DNA of 61,475 bases from the NCBI GenBank assembly GCA_036521655.1, contig DATDHI010000209.1, forward strand, positions 1-61,475, read 5' to 3'. Of the stretch, positions 18,349-27,334 are shown piece after piece. Position 1 is the stretch's first letter, and every line of letters begins with the position of its first letter. The notes beneath the pieces were generated by a model. That model saw only the letters and a program-made list of their open reading frames with translations, ran no database searches and was not told the DNA's origin. The position numbers and the translations under genes were made by a program. This DNA comes from Pseudonocardiaceae bacterium (GTDB taxonomy: Bacteria > Actinomycetota > Actinomycetes > Mycobacteriales > Pseudonocardiaceae).

Positions 18349-19251
18349 GTGACGACCGAACAGGGGTGCGGAGTGTCCTTCGATATCGCGACCTACAGCG
18401 CCAACGCCCGCCGGGTGGTGGACGCCGACGTCGACTACACCGCCTTCGAACGCCTGCCGCTGGCCGAGGCGACGCTGCGGACGCTGCAGTACATGTCCGA
18501 CGTGGAGAGCCACACCATCTGCTACCTGCGGGACCTGCTGGTCACCCCGTCACACCAGGACCCGGAGATCACGACGTTCCTCACGATGTGGGCCTACGAG
18601 GAGTTCTGGCACGGCGAGGTGCTGGACAAGGTGCTGGCTGCGCACGGCAGGGACGTGGGCCCCGAGCGGATCCGCCGCATCCGGCTCGCCCAGGGCCGCG
18701 GCGACCGGTTCGCCCCGATCTACCAGGCACTGGCAGCCAATATTGCCGGGGACGATTTCATCGCCGTGCACATGACGTTCGGCGTGATCAACGAGTGGTC
18801 CACCTTCGCCGCCTACGGGCGGTTGCTGGCCAAGGAGGACCACCCCGAGTTGGCCAAGGTGATCGGCCGCATCCAGCGCCAAGAGAGCCGCCACGTGGCC
18901 TTCTACGGCAGCCAGGCGCGGGAGCGGCTGGAGCGGTCGCGCCCGGCCAGGCTGCTGACCCGGCTCGCGCTCCGGACCTTCTGGACGCCGGTCGGGTCGG
19001 GGATCATGCCGCGTGCCGAGACCGCATTCGTGCTGCGCTACTTGATGGGCGGTACCGACGGCGGCCGGCTGATCCGGCAGATCGACGAGAAGATCGACCG
19101 GCTGCCCGGCCTGGCCGGGCTGAACCTGGTCAGCCGCGCCGCGGCAAGCTTCGACCTCGAGCCGGGCGCCACCGGGTACGGCTCAGGTCACATCCAGCGG
19201 ATGGGGGCCCTGCTGTGGTCCCTGCTGCGCTCTCCCTCGCTGAGCCGCTGA
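18349..19251 (+). CDS. ferritin-like di-iron protein (acyl-ACP-desaturase-like)
   Basis: 300 aa with two ExxH motifs, YEEFWH and RQESRH, in helical context. Alternative start at GTG 18373. The 3' end overlaps larE by 69 nt. Confidence 0.65.
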   Translation: MTTEQGCGVSFDIATYSANARRVVDADVDYTAFERLPLAEATLRTLQYMSDVESHTICYLRDLLVTPSHQDPEITTFLTMWAYEEFWHGEVLDKVLAAHGRDVGPERIRRIRLAQGRGDRFAPIYQALAANIAGDDFIAVHMTFGVINEWSTFAAYGRLLAKEDHPELAKVIGRIQRQESRHVAFYGSQARERLERSRPARLLTRLALRTFWTPVGSGIMPRAETAFVLRYLMGGTDGGRLIRQIDEKIDRLPGLAGLNLVSRAAASFDLEPGATGYGSGHIQRMGALLWSLLRSPSLSR

Positions 19252-20085
19252 GCCGCTGAGTGAACCCGAATGGTAGGAGGCCAGGTCACCGTGTCCCGCG
19301 AGACCCGCTTGCGCGACCCGGGCCAGCAGCCCCGTCCGGGTCGCCGCCGAAACCCGGTCGAGGGCAGCCTGGTCGAGCTCTACCCGGAACCCGGAGTGGC
19401 CCAGCAGCCGGACCCGCAGGTCGCGCAGCGGCACCCGGTGCTCGGCGAGATACCCGCAGGCGGCCAGCTCGGCCCGCTCCACCAGCGCCAGCCGGTCCAC
19501 CGTCACCGGTATTCCGACCGCGATCCGGGAGGCGAGGCACGGGGTGCTCGGCTTGTCCCGGACCGCCAGATTCCAATGTCCGGCAAGCAAACGCACCACA
19601 TCCTTGGTTGCGCCCACCTCGGCGAGCGGCTCGCACACGCCGAGCTCCGCCGCTGCCCGCAGACCCGGGCGGTGAGCGGCGCGGCGGTCATCGAGGTGGG
19701 TGCCGGTGGCCACCTGGACGAACCCGCGCTGCTGCGCCAGACCGCGCACCGCGGCGAGCACGGTCTGCTTGCAGAAGTAGCAACGATCGCCGGCATTGGC
19801 CCGGTAGCCCGGGTCCGCGAGTTCGTCGGTGCGCAGCACCACCAGCTCCGCCCCGATCTGCCCGGCCACGCGGCGGGCATTCGCCAACTCGGCGCGCGCC
19901 AGGCTGGGCGAGTCAGCGATGGCGGCCAGCACTGCTCCTGCGCCCAATGCCCGCACGGCCGCAGCCAGCACCACAGCGGAGTCAACCCCTCCGGAGAAGG
20001 CCACCACCAGCCCACCCGGCCGGCCGAGCTGGCGCAGCAGCTCGAGGAGTGCTGCCGCGTCGGCAGGGGTATCCGGGGTGTGCAT
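19183..20085 (-). CDS. larE: NPN-cofactor sulfur insertase LarE (PP-loop ATPase)
   Basis: Track ORF trimmed to ATG 20085 (MHTPDTPADAAALL). PP-loop VVAFSGGVDSAV, plus GDRCYFCKQ and KPSTPCLASRI. Confidence 0.8.
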   Translation of the reverse strand: MHTPDTPADAAALLELLRQLGRPGGLVVAFSGGVDSAVVLAAAVRALGAGAVLAAIADSPSLARAELANARRVAGQIGAELVVLRTDELADPGYRANAGDRCYFCKQTVLAAVRGLAQQRGFVQVATGTHLDDRRAAHRPGLRAAAELGVCEPLAEVGATKDVVRLLAGHWNLAVRDKPSTPCLASRIAVGIPVTVDRLALVERAELAACGYLAEHRVPLRDLRVRLLGHSGFRVELDQAALDRVSAATRTGLLARVAQAGLAGHGDLASYHSGSLSGSAAQRGRAQQGPQQGPHPLDVT

Positions 20086-20142
20086 CGTCAACGATCCTCG
20101 CATGACCCGAGCAGCACCGGAGGGCGTGACATAGTCGGCACC

Positions 20143-20877
20143 GTGGTCACCCCAGCCCCGGAACCCGCCCCAGCACCACTGCGCGACCGGATCAGCGAGG
20201 TTGGCGGCATCGCCCACCTGGATCTGGACCGCAGGCGACGAACCGCCGTGCCGGAGGCCGTCTTCGCACAAGGCAAGACCGAGGAGCAGACCCGGCAGCT
20301 GCTGACCGCGCAGCGGCGCGGTGAACCCGGATTCCCGGCACTGGCCACCCGGTGCCCTGACGCGGTGCTGCAGCGGGCGCCAGCCTGGTTCCCGGCGGAG
20401 CCGGTGCTGGCAGACCCGGTCGGGCGCACCCTCATCGTCGGGCCACTACCCCTGGACCGCGGGCTCGTCGCCGTGCTCACCGGGGGCACCTCGGACCTGC
20501 CGGTGGCTCGCGAGGCCGTCGCTACCCTGCAGGCGCTCGGCGCCGGGCACCGGTTGATCGCCGACGTCGGGGTGGCGGGCCTGGCGCGGTTACTGGCGCA
20601 CCTCGACGAGCTGTCCGCGGCCGACTGCGTGATCGCCATCGCCGGTATGGAGGGCACGCTGCCCGGCGTGGTGGCCGGGCTGATCCGGGCACCTGTGGTC
20701 GCCGTGCCCACCAGCGTGGGCTACGGGGTGAGCGCCGGCGGCCACGTCGCCGCGGCGGCGATGCTCGCCACCTGCGCACCGGGGGTGACGGTGGTCAATA
20801 TCGACAACGGGTTCGGCGCGGCGGCACACGCCGTCAAGATCGTCGCCCGGGTGCACGGTGAACCCGGTGCGCAGTGA
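20143..20877 (+). CDS. larB: NPN-cofactor biosynthesis protein LarB (PurE-like NaAD carboxylase/hydrolase)
   Basis: Last 244 codons of track ORF 19270..20877, starting at GTG 20143. DLDRRRRTAVPEAVFAQGKT, LTGGTSDLPVAREA and IAIAGMEGTLPGVVAG. Divergent from larE with a 57-nt gap. Confidence 0.8.
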   Translation: MVTPAPEPAPAPLRDRISEVGGIAHLDLDRRRRTAVPEAVFAQGKTEEQTRQLLTAQRRGEPGFPALATRCPDAVLQRAPAWFPAEPVLADPVGRTLIVGPLPLDRGLVAVLTGGTSDLPVAREAVATLQALGAGHRLIADVGVAGLARLLAHLDELSAADCVIAIAGMEGTLPGVVAGLIRAPVVAVPTSVGYGVSAGGHVAAAAMLATCAPGVTVVNIDNGFGAAAHAVKIVARVHGEPGAQ

Positions 20878-20930
20878 CCCAGGTGCGTGCGATGGCCCAG
20901 GTGCGTGCGATGACCCAGGTGCGTGCGATG
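20877..20930 (+). repeat. 18-bp tandem repeat x3 at the larB/larC junction
   Basis: The unit (A/G)CCCAGGTGCGTGCGATG occurs three times head to tail, each ending in an in-frame ATG (20892, 20910, 20928). It would encode TQVRAM x3 if translated from GTG 20874. Confidence 0.9.
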
Positions 20931-22166
20931 ACTGAGCCCCGAGCGGCGTACCTGGACTGCACAGCGGGCGTGGCAGGCGACATGCTCCTCGGTGCGCTGC
21001 TCGACGCCGGTGCCGACCTCACCGCGGTACGCCGTGCGGTCGGCTCGCTGGGAGTGCCCGGTCTGGACGTCGACCTCGAGCGAACCCGGCGCTGCGGGTT
21101 GCGCTGCGCCCGGGCAGTGGTCACGACACCACCCGGGGACCAGCCGACCCGGGCGCTGTCCGAGGTGCTGGCTGCGATCGGCGCCGCGCGGCTGAGTCCG
21201 CCCGCTGCCCAGCTGGCGGCGGGCACCTTCCGGCTGCTCGCCGGCGCTGAGGCTGCGGTGCACGGCGTCCCCGCCGAGCGGGTGCACTTCCACGAGGTGG
21301 GGGCCGCCGACGCGCTCGCCGACGTCGTCGGCACCGCGGTCGCCGCGCAGCAACTGGGTCTGCTCGCCGACGGCACCGTGCTGACCTGCTCGGCACTCGC
21401 CGCCGGCAGTGGCACGGCGCGCAGCGCGCATGGGACGATCCCGGTCCCCGCGCCTGCCGTGCTGCAGATCGTGGCCGAGCGGGGTCTGTCGCTGACTGGC
21501 GGGCACCTGGCCGGGGAGCGCACCACGCCCACCGGAGCGGCCCTGGTCGCGACCCTGGCCACGCCCGGCCCGCTGCCGCCGATGGCCGTCGAGGCGGTCG
21601 GCTGTGGCGCGGGGCGCCAGGACCCCGCGGAGCAGCCCAACATCACCCGGTTGGTGATCGGCAGGCCGCTGGCGCAGGGGGCAGGGCCGGGTCCTGCCGA
21701 GCCGGTCACCGTGGTGGAGACCACCGTCGACGATCTCGACCCGCAGCTGTGGCCGCAGGTGCTGGTCGCCGTGCGCGCAGCCGGGGCGTGGGACTGCTGG
21801 ACCACGGCGACGATCGGCCGCCACGGCAGGCCCGGGCAGGTGCTCACCGCGGTGTGCGCTGACGCGGTCCGGCCGGCTGTGGTGGATGCGCTGTTCCGGC
21901 ACAGCACCACGCTGGGCGTACGGTGGGCGCATTGGCAGCGCAGCACGCTGCCGCGAACGGCAGTGCCCGTGCCGGTCGGCCCGCCCGGGGCCGAGCAGGA
22001 GATCGCCATCAAGGTTGCCGCCCGCCCGGGAGGGCAGCGGACGGCAAAGCCTGAGCTCGCTGACGCCGAGCGGGTCGCCCAGGCGCTTGGCTGGCCACTG
22101 CGCCGGGTGTACGAGGTGGCGCTGTCGGCCTACCACCGGGACCACCCCGATGGCGCGAATGACTAG
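20928..22166 (+). CDS. larC: nickel insertion protein LarC (DUF111)
   Basis: AYLDCTAGVAGDMLLGALLDAGAD is a typical LarC N-terminus. I chose the last ATG of the repeat as the start. GTG 20874 (GTGA overlap with the larB stop) is also possible. Confidence 0.8.
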   Translation: MTEPRAAYLDCTAGVAGDMLLGALLDAGADLTAVRRAVGSLGVPGLDVDLERTRRCGLRCARAVVTTPPGDQPTRALSEVLAAIGAARLSPPAAQLAAGTFRLLAGAEAAVHGVPAERVHFHEVGAADALADVVGTAVAAQQLGLLADGTVLTCSALAAGSGTARSAHGTIPVPAPAVLQIVAERGLSLTGGHLAGERTTPTGAALVATLATPGPLPPMAVEAVGCGAGRQDPAEQPNITRLVIGRPLAQGAGPGPAEPVTVVETTVDDLDPQLWPQVLVAVRAAGAWDCWTTATIGRHGRPGQVLTAVCADAVRPAVVDALFRHSTTLGVRWAHWQRSTLPRTAVPVPVGPPGAEQEIAIKVAARPGGQRTAKPELADAERVAQALGWPLRRVYEVALSAYHRDHPDGAND

Positions 22167-22193
22167 CCTCACCGGCAGCCCGAGAGGGAGGAC

Positions 22194-24536
22194 ATGACCT
22201 GCGACGAGCTCGCCGGGCGTCATGTGCTGCTCACCGGGGCCACCGGGTTCCTGGGCCAGGCGACCCTGGAGCGGCTGCTGTCCAGCTACCCGGATACCCG
22301 CGTCTCGGTGCTGATCCGGCCCCGCGGCGGGCGCAGTGCCGCCGACCGCCTGCGAGTGCTGCTACGCAAGAACGTGTTCCGCCCGCTGGGTGAGCGCCTC
22401 GGCGAGGGTGGGCTGGCCCGGCTGGTGCGCGAACGGGTCACCGTCATCGAGGGCGACCTCGGCTCGATTATGCTGCCAGGCGACCTCGACGTGGTGATCC
22501 ACGGTGCGTCCACGGTGTCGTTCGACCCGCCGGTCGACGAGGCCTTCCAGACCAACGTCGCGGGCGTGGCGACCCTCTACCAGGCCCTGGCGGGCGCCGG
22601 TGGCTCGCCGCACGTGGTGCACGTCTCCACCGCCTACGTGGCAGGCACCCGCAAGGGGGTGGTCACCGAGGCTGCCTTGGACCACGACGTGGACTGGCGC
22701 CTGGAGCTGGAGATGGCCCTGGCGGCCCGCGGGGACGTGGAGCGGGACTCCCGGCGCCCGGAGGTGCTGGCGCGGGCGCTGGCCCAAGCGGGCGAGCAGC
22801 ACGCCAAGGCGGGCCCGCAGTCCACCGCCGCCGACGCAGAGCGGCTCCGCACCGAGTGGGTCACCCGGCGGCTGGTGGACTACGGGCGTAACCGGGCGCG
22901 CTGCCTGGGCTGGCCGGACGTGTACACCCTGACCAAGGCACTGGGCGAGCGGGTCGCCGAGCAACTGTGGGCGCACGGCGGCCGCCCATTGTCGGTGGTC
23001 CGCCCGGCGATCGTGGAGAGCGCCCTGGCGCACCCGTACCCGGGGTGGATCGACGGCTTCAAGATGGCCGACCCGCTGATCATCGCCTACGGCCGGGGGG
23101 TCCTGCGTGAGTTTCCCGGGCTGCCCGACTCCGTGCTCGACGTCATCCCGGTGGACCTGGTGGTCAACGCGACGCTTGCGGCCGCCGCCCGGCCACCCTC
23201 CACCGGGCCGGCCTACCTGCACGTCAGCTCCGGGGCGAGTAACCCGCTGACCTTCCGGACCATGTACGTGCTGTGCCGGGAGTACTTCGGCAACCACCCC
23301 ATGCCCGATGGCGACCGCGGCCACATCGAGCCGCCGACCTGGCGGTTCCCCGGCAGCCAGCAGGTGGAGCTGACGCTGCGCGCCGGGGAGCGGGCCGCTG
23401 CGCTGGCGGAGAAGGTGCTGCTGGCGTTGCCGCCGTCGAAGCGATCCCAGGACTGGCTGACCAGCCTGAGCCGCCAGCAGCAGGACCTGGCCCAGCTTCG
23501 GGAGTACGCCGACCTCTACGGCGTGTACACCCGCGCCGAGGTGATCTATGACGACAGCCGGCTGCGGGAGCTGCAGGCCACGCTGCCCACCGACCGGGCC
23601 CTAGACCATGGCTTCGACCCCACCGTCATCGACTGGCGGACCTACCTGCTCGACGTGCACTGCCCGGCGATCACCGCCACGGTCCGCCGGGCGGGCCAGC
23701 GGCGGGTCCGCTCCAGCGCCGGCCGTCGCGGCGCACCGCCGTTGGAGCTGCCCGAGCGCACCGACGTGGCCGCGGTGTTCGACCTGGAAGGCACCATCGT
23801 GGCCTCCAACGTCGTCGAGTCGTATCTGTGGACCCGGCTGGCCACGCTGCCCCGCTCCGGCTGGCTGCACGAGTTCGCCGATCTGGCCCGCTGCGCCCCC
23901 CGCTACCTCTACGCCGAGCGCCGCGACCGCGGTGAGCTGCTGCGCGACTTCCTGCGCCGCTACGCGGGGGTACGGGCCGACGATCTGCGGGTGCTGGCCA
24001 CCGAGGTGCTTGGCGACGCGCTGCTGCACCGGGTGATGCCCGAGGCCACCCGCCAGATCCGCCGTCATCGGGCTGCCGGGCACCGCACCGTGCTGATCAC
24101 CGGCGCGGTCGACATGCATGTGGAGCCGCTGTCCGTGCTGTTCGACGAGGTGGTGGCCAGCCGGATGCACGAAGCCGACGGCGTGCTCACCGGATTCCTG
24201 GCCGCGCCGCCCTTGGTCGACGAGGCGCGCGCGGCGTGGCTGCGGCAGTACGCCCAGCGCAACGGCCTGCATCTGGACCGCTCCTACGCCTACGCCGACA
24301 GCTACTCCGACCGCCCGCTGCTGGAGGCCGTCGGGCACCCGCATGTGGTCAACCCGGACGGCCAGCTGTTCCGGCACGCCCGGCGACACCGCTGGGTGGT
24401 GCACCGCTGGGGTGCGCACACCGGCGGGCTGCTCGACGTGATGCTCGAGGTGGCCCGCGACGACGTTAGTGGCACTGTTCGTGGCAATGCCAGTCGCGGC
24501 CGTGTCCGTGGCCGGGCCAGGGGTGAGTGGACGTGA
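22194..24536 (+). CDS. fatty acyl-CoA/ACP reductase (NAD_binding_4 SDR) fused to a HAD-IB hydrolase domain
   Basis: 780 aa. N-terminal half: LLTGATGFLGQATLERLL, STAYVAG and YTLTKALGE (YxxxK). C-terminal part from about residue 530: AAVFDLEGTIVASN, VLITGAVD, YADSYSDRPLLEAVGHPHVVNPD. Confidence 0.8.
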   Translation: MTCDELAGRHVLLTGATGFLGQATLERLLSSYPDTRVSVLIRPRGGRSAADRLRVLLRKNVFRPLGERLGEGGLARLVRERVTVIEGDLGSIMLPGDLDVVIHGASTVSFDPPVDEAFQTNVAGVATLYQALAGAGGSPHVVHVSTAYVAGTRKGVVTEAALDHDVDWRLELEMALAARGDVERDSRRPEVLARALAQAGEQHAKAGPQSTAADAERLRTEWVTRRLVDYGRNRARCLGWPDVYTLTKALGERVAEQLWAHGGRPLSVVRPAIVESALAHPYPGWIDGFKMADPLIIAYGRGVLREFPGLPDSVLDVIPVDLVVNATLAAAARPPSTGPAYLHVSSGASNPLTFRTMYVLCREYFGNHPMPDGDRGHIEPPTWRFPGSQQVELTLRAGERAAALAEKVLLALPPSKRSQDWLTSLSRQQQDLAQLREYADLYGVYTRAEVIYDDSRLRELQATLPTDRALDHGFDPTVIDWRTYLLDVHCPAITATVRRAGQRRVRSSAGRRGAPPLELPERTDVAAVFDLEGTIVASNVVESYLWTRLATLPRSGWLHEFADLARCAPRYLYAERRDRGELLRDFLRRYAGVRADDLRVLATEVLGDALLHRVMPEATRQIRRHRAAGHRTVLITGAVDMHVEPLSVLFDEVVASRMHEADGVLTGFLAAPPLVDEARAAWLRQYAQRNGLHLDRSYAYADSYSDRPLLEAVGHPHVVNPDGQLFRHARRHRWVVHRWGAHTGGLLDVMLEVARDDVSGTVRGNASRGRVRGRARGEWT

Positions 24537-25744
24537 GTCTGGCCCTGCAGTACCACCGCTGCGTTGGGCGCTACTTCGCTGCCCGCGCGGTCAGCAGCAC
24601 CAGCGCCGGACGTCCGCTGGTGGGCGCGCTGGCCGGCAACGTGGCGCCGCTGCGGCTGGTGGAGCAGGTCGACCCGAGTCCGGCCGGGGAGTCGTGGAGC
24701 CGGGTCGAGCCGGTGCTGTCCGGGATCTGCGGCTCCGACCTCGGCCTGCTCACCGGCCGTAGCTCGCCCTACCTCGGACCCTTGACGTCGATGCCGTTCG
24801 TGCCCGGCCACGAGGTCGTCGGGCGCACCCTCGACGACCTGCCCGGCCTGCCCCAGGGCAGCCGGGTGGTGATCGACCCGGTGCTGAGGTGCGCCACGCG
24901 CGGCGTGCCGCCCTGCCCGGCCTGCATCGCCGGGGACACCAGCCGCTGCGACCACATCATCACCGGCAGGCTGGCCGCCGGGCTGCAGACCGGGTTCTGC
25001 GCCGACACCGGGGGTGGCTGGAGCCGCCGGATGATCGCCCATGCCAGCCAGCTGCACCCGGTGCCCGACCCGATGCCCGATGAGGTCGCGGTGCTGGTGG
25101 AGCCGCTGGCCTGCGCGGTGCACGCGGCACGCCGGGTCCCGGTGCCGCCAGGTGCATCGGTGCTCGTGATCGGGGCCGGCACGGTGGGACTGCTCACTGT
25201 GCTCGCGCTGCGCAGGCTCACCCCGGCCGGTGAGATCTGTGTGGTAGCCAAGCACGCCCACCAGGCCGACCGGGCACGTGAGCTGGGAGCCACCCAGGTG
25301 ATCAGCGCCGACGGGACCGCCAGGGCGTTACGCCGCAGCACCGGAGCCCTGCTGGTCGAGCCCGAGCTCGGCGCCGGCTACCTGCTCGGCGGGATGGACC
25401 TCGCCTTCGAGTGCACCGGGGGGGCGAGCGGGCTGGACACCGCGCTGCGAGCACTGCGCGCCGGGGGCACCGTGATCGCCTCGGGGATGCCCTCGGGCGG
25501 GGTGGACCTCACCCCCCTGTGGTACCGGGAACTGCACCTGGTGGGGGCCTACGCCTCGGCGGTGGGGGACGAACCCAGCCTCGGCGATTTCCCCGCGGCC
25601 ATCGCACTGGCGGGATCGGCGCCCCTGGACGGTTACGTTGACACGAAATACCCGCTGCAACGCTGGCGTGAGGCACTCGATCACGCTGCCGCGGCCGGGC
25701 GGCTGGGCAGCATCAAGGTCGTCTTCGCCCCGGGCCGAGGGTAA
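24533..25744 (+). CDS. zinc-type alcohol dehydrogenase (MDR family)
   Basis: GTG 24533 overlaps the upstream TGA (GTGA); GTG 24527 is also possible. SGICGSDLG, PFVPGHEVVG and VIGAGTVGLL. Confidence 0.8.
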   Translation: MSLALQYHRCVGRYFAARAVSSTSAGRPLVGALAGNVAPLRLVEQVDPSPAGESWSRVEPVLSGICGSDLGLLTGRSSPYLGPLTSMPFVPGHEVVGRTLDDLPGLPQGSRVVIDPVLRCATRGVPPCPACIAGDTSRCDHIITGRLAAGLQTGFCADTGGGWSRRMIAHASQLHPVPDPMPDEVAVLVEPLACAVHAARRVPVPPGASVLVIGAGTVGLLTVLALRRLTPAGEICVVAKHAHQADRARELGATQVISADGTARALRRSTGALLVEPELGAGYLLGGMDLAFECTGGASGLDTALRALRAGGTVIASGMPSGGVDLTPLWYRELHLVGAYASAVGDEPSLGDFPAAIALAGSAPLDGYVDTKYPLQRWREALDHAAAAGRLGSIKVVFAPGRG

Positions 25745-25759
25745 AGAGCAGGAGAGAGT

Positions 25760-27334
25760 GTGGGCAGACCAGGTTTCGTGCTGGACGTCGACGAGCGGAC
25801 CCCGCCGCTGCTGATGCACGAGGGGGAGGGGTTCCGGCTGGAGCGCCTGCCCATGGGCAGCCGGGTTATCTACCCACCGGACTCGCTGCCGGGCATCGTC
25901 AACCTCGAGGCCGCCATCCGGCACGCGCTGGTGCACCCGCACGGCAGCGACCCGCTGCAGCAGCTGCTGCGCCGCGGGATGCGGCTGACCATCGTGTTCG
26001 ATGATCTGTCCCTGCCGCTGCCACCGATGCGCACCCCGGACGTCCGGCAGCGAGTGATCGAGCAGGTGCTGGAGATGGCTGCCGCAGCCGGCGTCGACGA
26101 CGTCGAGCTGATCGCCGCCAACTCGCTGCACCGGCGGATGACCCCCGCCGAGCTCAAGCGCACCGTCGGTGAGCGGGTGTTCCGCGCCTTCCACCCCGGC
26201 GCCCTGCGCAACCACGACGCCGAAGACCCCGACAACCTCGCCCACCTGGGCACCACGCCGCACGGCGAGGACGTGGAGATCAACCGCCGGGCCGCCGAGA
26301 GCGACCTGGTGGTCTACGTCAACATCACGCTCACCGCGATGAACGGCGGCTCGAAGTCGGTGGCGGTGGGGCTGGCCAGCTACGCCAGCCTGCGCCACCA
26401 CCACAACGTGCACACGCTGCGGCACTCGCGCTCGTTCAACGATCCGCCGAACTCCGCGATGCACCAGTCCTACGACCGGATGGCCGATCTGATCGGTGGG
26501 CATGTGCCGGTGTTCACCATCGAGACCACGCTGAACAACAGCACCTTCCCCACCGCGTTGCGCTTCCTCACCCGCCGCGAGTGGGAGTGGAACCTCACCG
26601 ACCAGGCCGGCTACCTGGCCGTCAAGCGGAGCAACGACCTGGCCACCTCGAAGCTGCGGCACCGGATCTGGCAGTCCACCGAGGCGCCCTACGGCGTGAC
26701 CGGGGTACACGCCGGCGCGCCGAGCGAGGTGCACCCACACACCCTGGCCGCGGTGCACCGCCAGCAGCTCACCGAGGTCGACGGGCAGGCCGACGTGGCG
26801 GTCTTCGGGTTGCCCTACATCTGCCCCTACAACGTCAACTCGATCATGAACCCGATCCTGGTGATGTCCCTGGGGCTCGGTTACTTCTTCAACCTCTACC
26901 GGGGCAAGCCCATCGTCCGCCAGGGCGGGGTGGCGATCTTCTACCACCCGATGCCACCCGAGTTCCACCCGGTGCACCACCCGAGCTATATCGATTTCTA
27001 CGAGCTGCTGGCCGAGACCACCGACCCGGTGATGCTGGAGACCAAGTACGAGAAGCAGTTCGCGACCGATCCGTGGTACATCCACCTGTACCGGACCAGC
27101 TACGCCTACCACGGTGTGCACCCGTTCTACATGTGGTACTGGGGGGCGCACGCGATGCAGCACCTGGGCGACGTCATCTTCGTCGGGGGCGACCGGTCGA
27201 CCACTGCCCGGCTCGGCTTCCGCGCCGCGTCCAGCCTGGCCGACGCGCTGGAGCTGGCTTCCGGCACCGTGGGCCGCGACCCGCAGATCAGCTACCTGCA
27301 CGCCCCGCCGATGGTGCTGGCAGACGTGCGATGA
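25760..27334 (+). CDS. LarA-family (DUF2088, lactate-racemase-like) NPN-dependent enzyme, divergent 524-aa form
   Basis: RBS AGGAGAGAG before GTG 25760. RLTIVFDDLSLPLPP, ELIAANSLHRRMTPAEL and VYVNITLTAMNGGSKSVAVGL..SLRHHHN align by eye with the LarA motifs DITRP, GTHR, PHFFAGFSGGRK and the Ni-ligand His. Confidence 0.7.
   Translation: MGRPGFVLDVDERTPPLLMHEGEGFRLERLPMGSRVIYPPDSLPGIVNLEAAIRHALVHPHGSDPLQQLLRRGMRLTIVFDDLSLPLPPMRTPDVRQRVIEQVLEMAAAAGVDDVELIAANSLHRRMTPAELKRTVGERVFRAFHPGALRNHDAEDPDNLAHLGTTPHGEDVEINRRAAESDLVVYVNITLTAMNGGSKSVAVGLASYASLRHHHNVHTLRHSRSFNDPPNSAMHQSYDRMADLIGGHVPVFTIETTLNNSTFPTALRFLTRREWEWNLTDQAGYLAVKRSNDLATSKLRHRIWQSTEAPYGVTGVHAGAPSEVHPHTLAAVHRQQLTEVDGQADVAVFGLPYICPYNVNSIMNPILVMSLGLGYFFNLYRGKPIVRQGGVAIFYHPMPPEFHPVHHPSYIDFYELLAETTDPVMLETKYEKQFATDPWYIHLYRTSYAYHGVHPFYMWYWGAHAMQHLGDVIFVGGDRSTTARLGFRAASSLADALELASGTVGRDPQISYLHAPPMVLADVR

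Noticed and set aside
20877-20930. CRISPR array
   Set aside because: There are only three contiguous 18-bp units with no spacers, lying inside a coding junction. I saw no cas genes and no other repeat-spacer pattern anywhere in the window.
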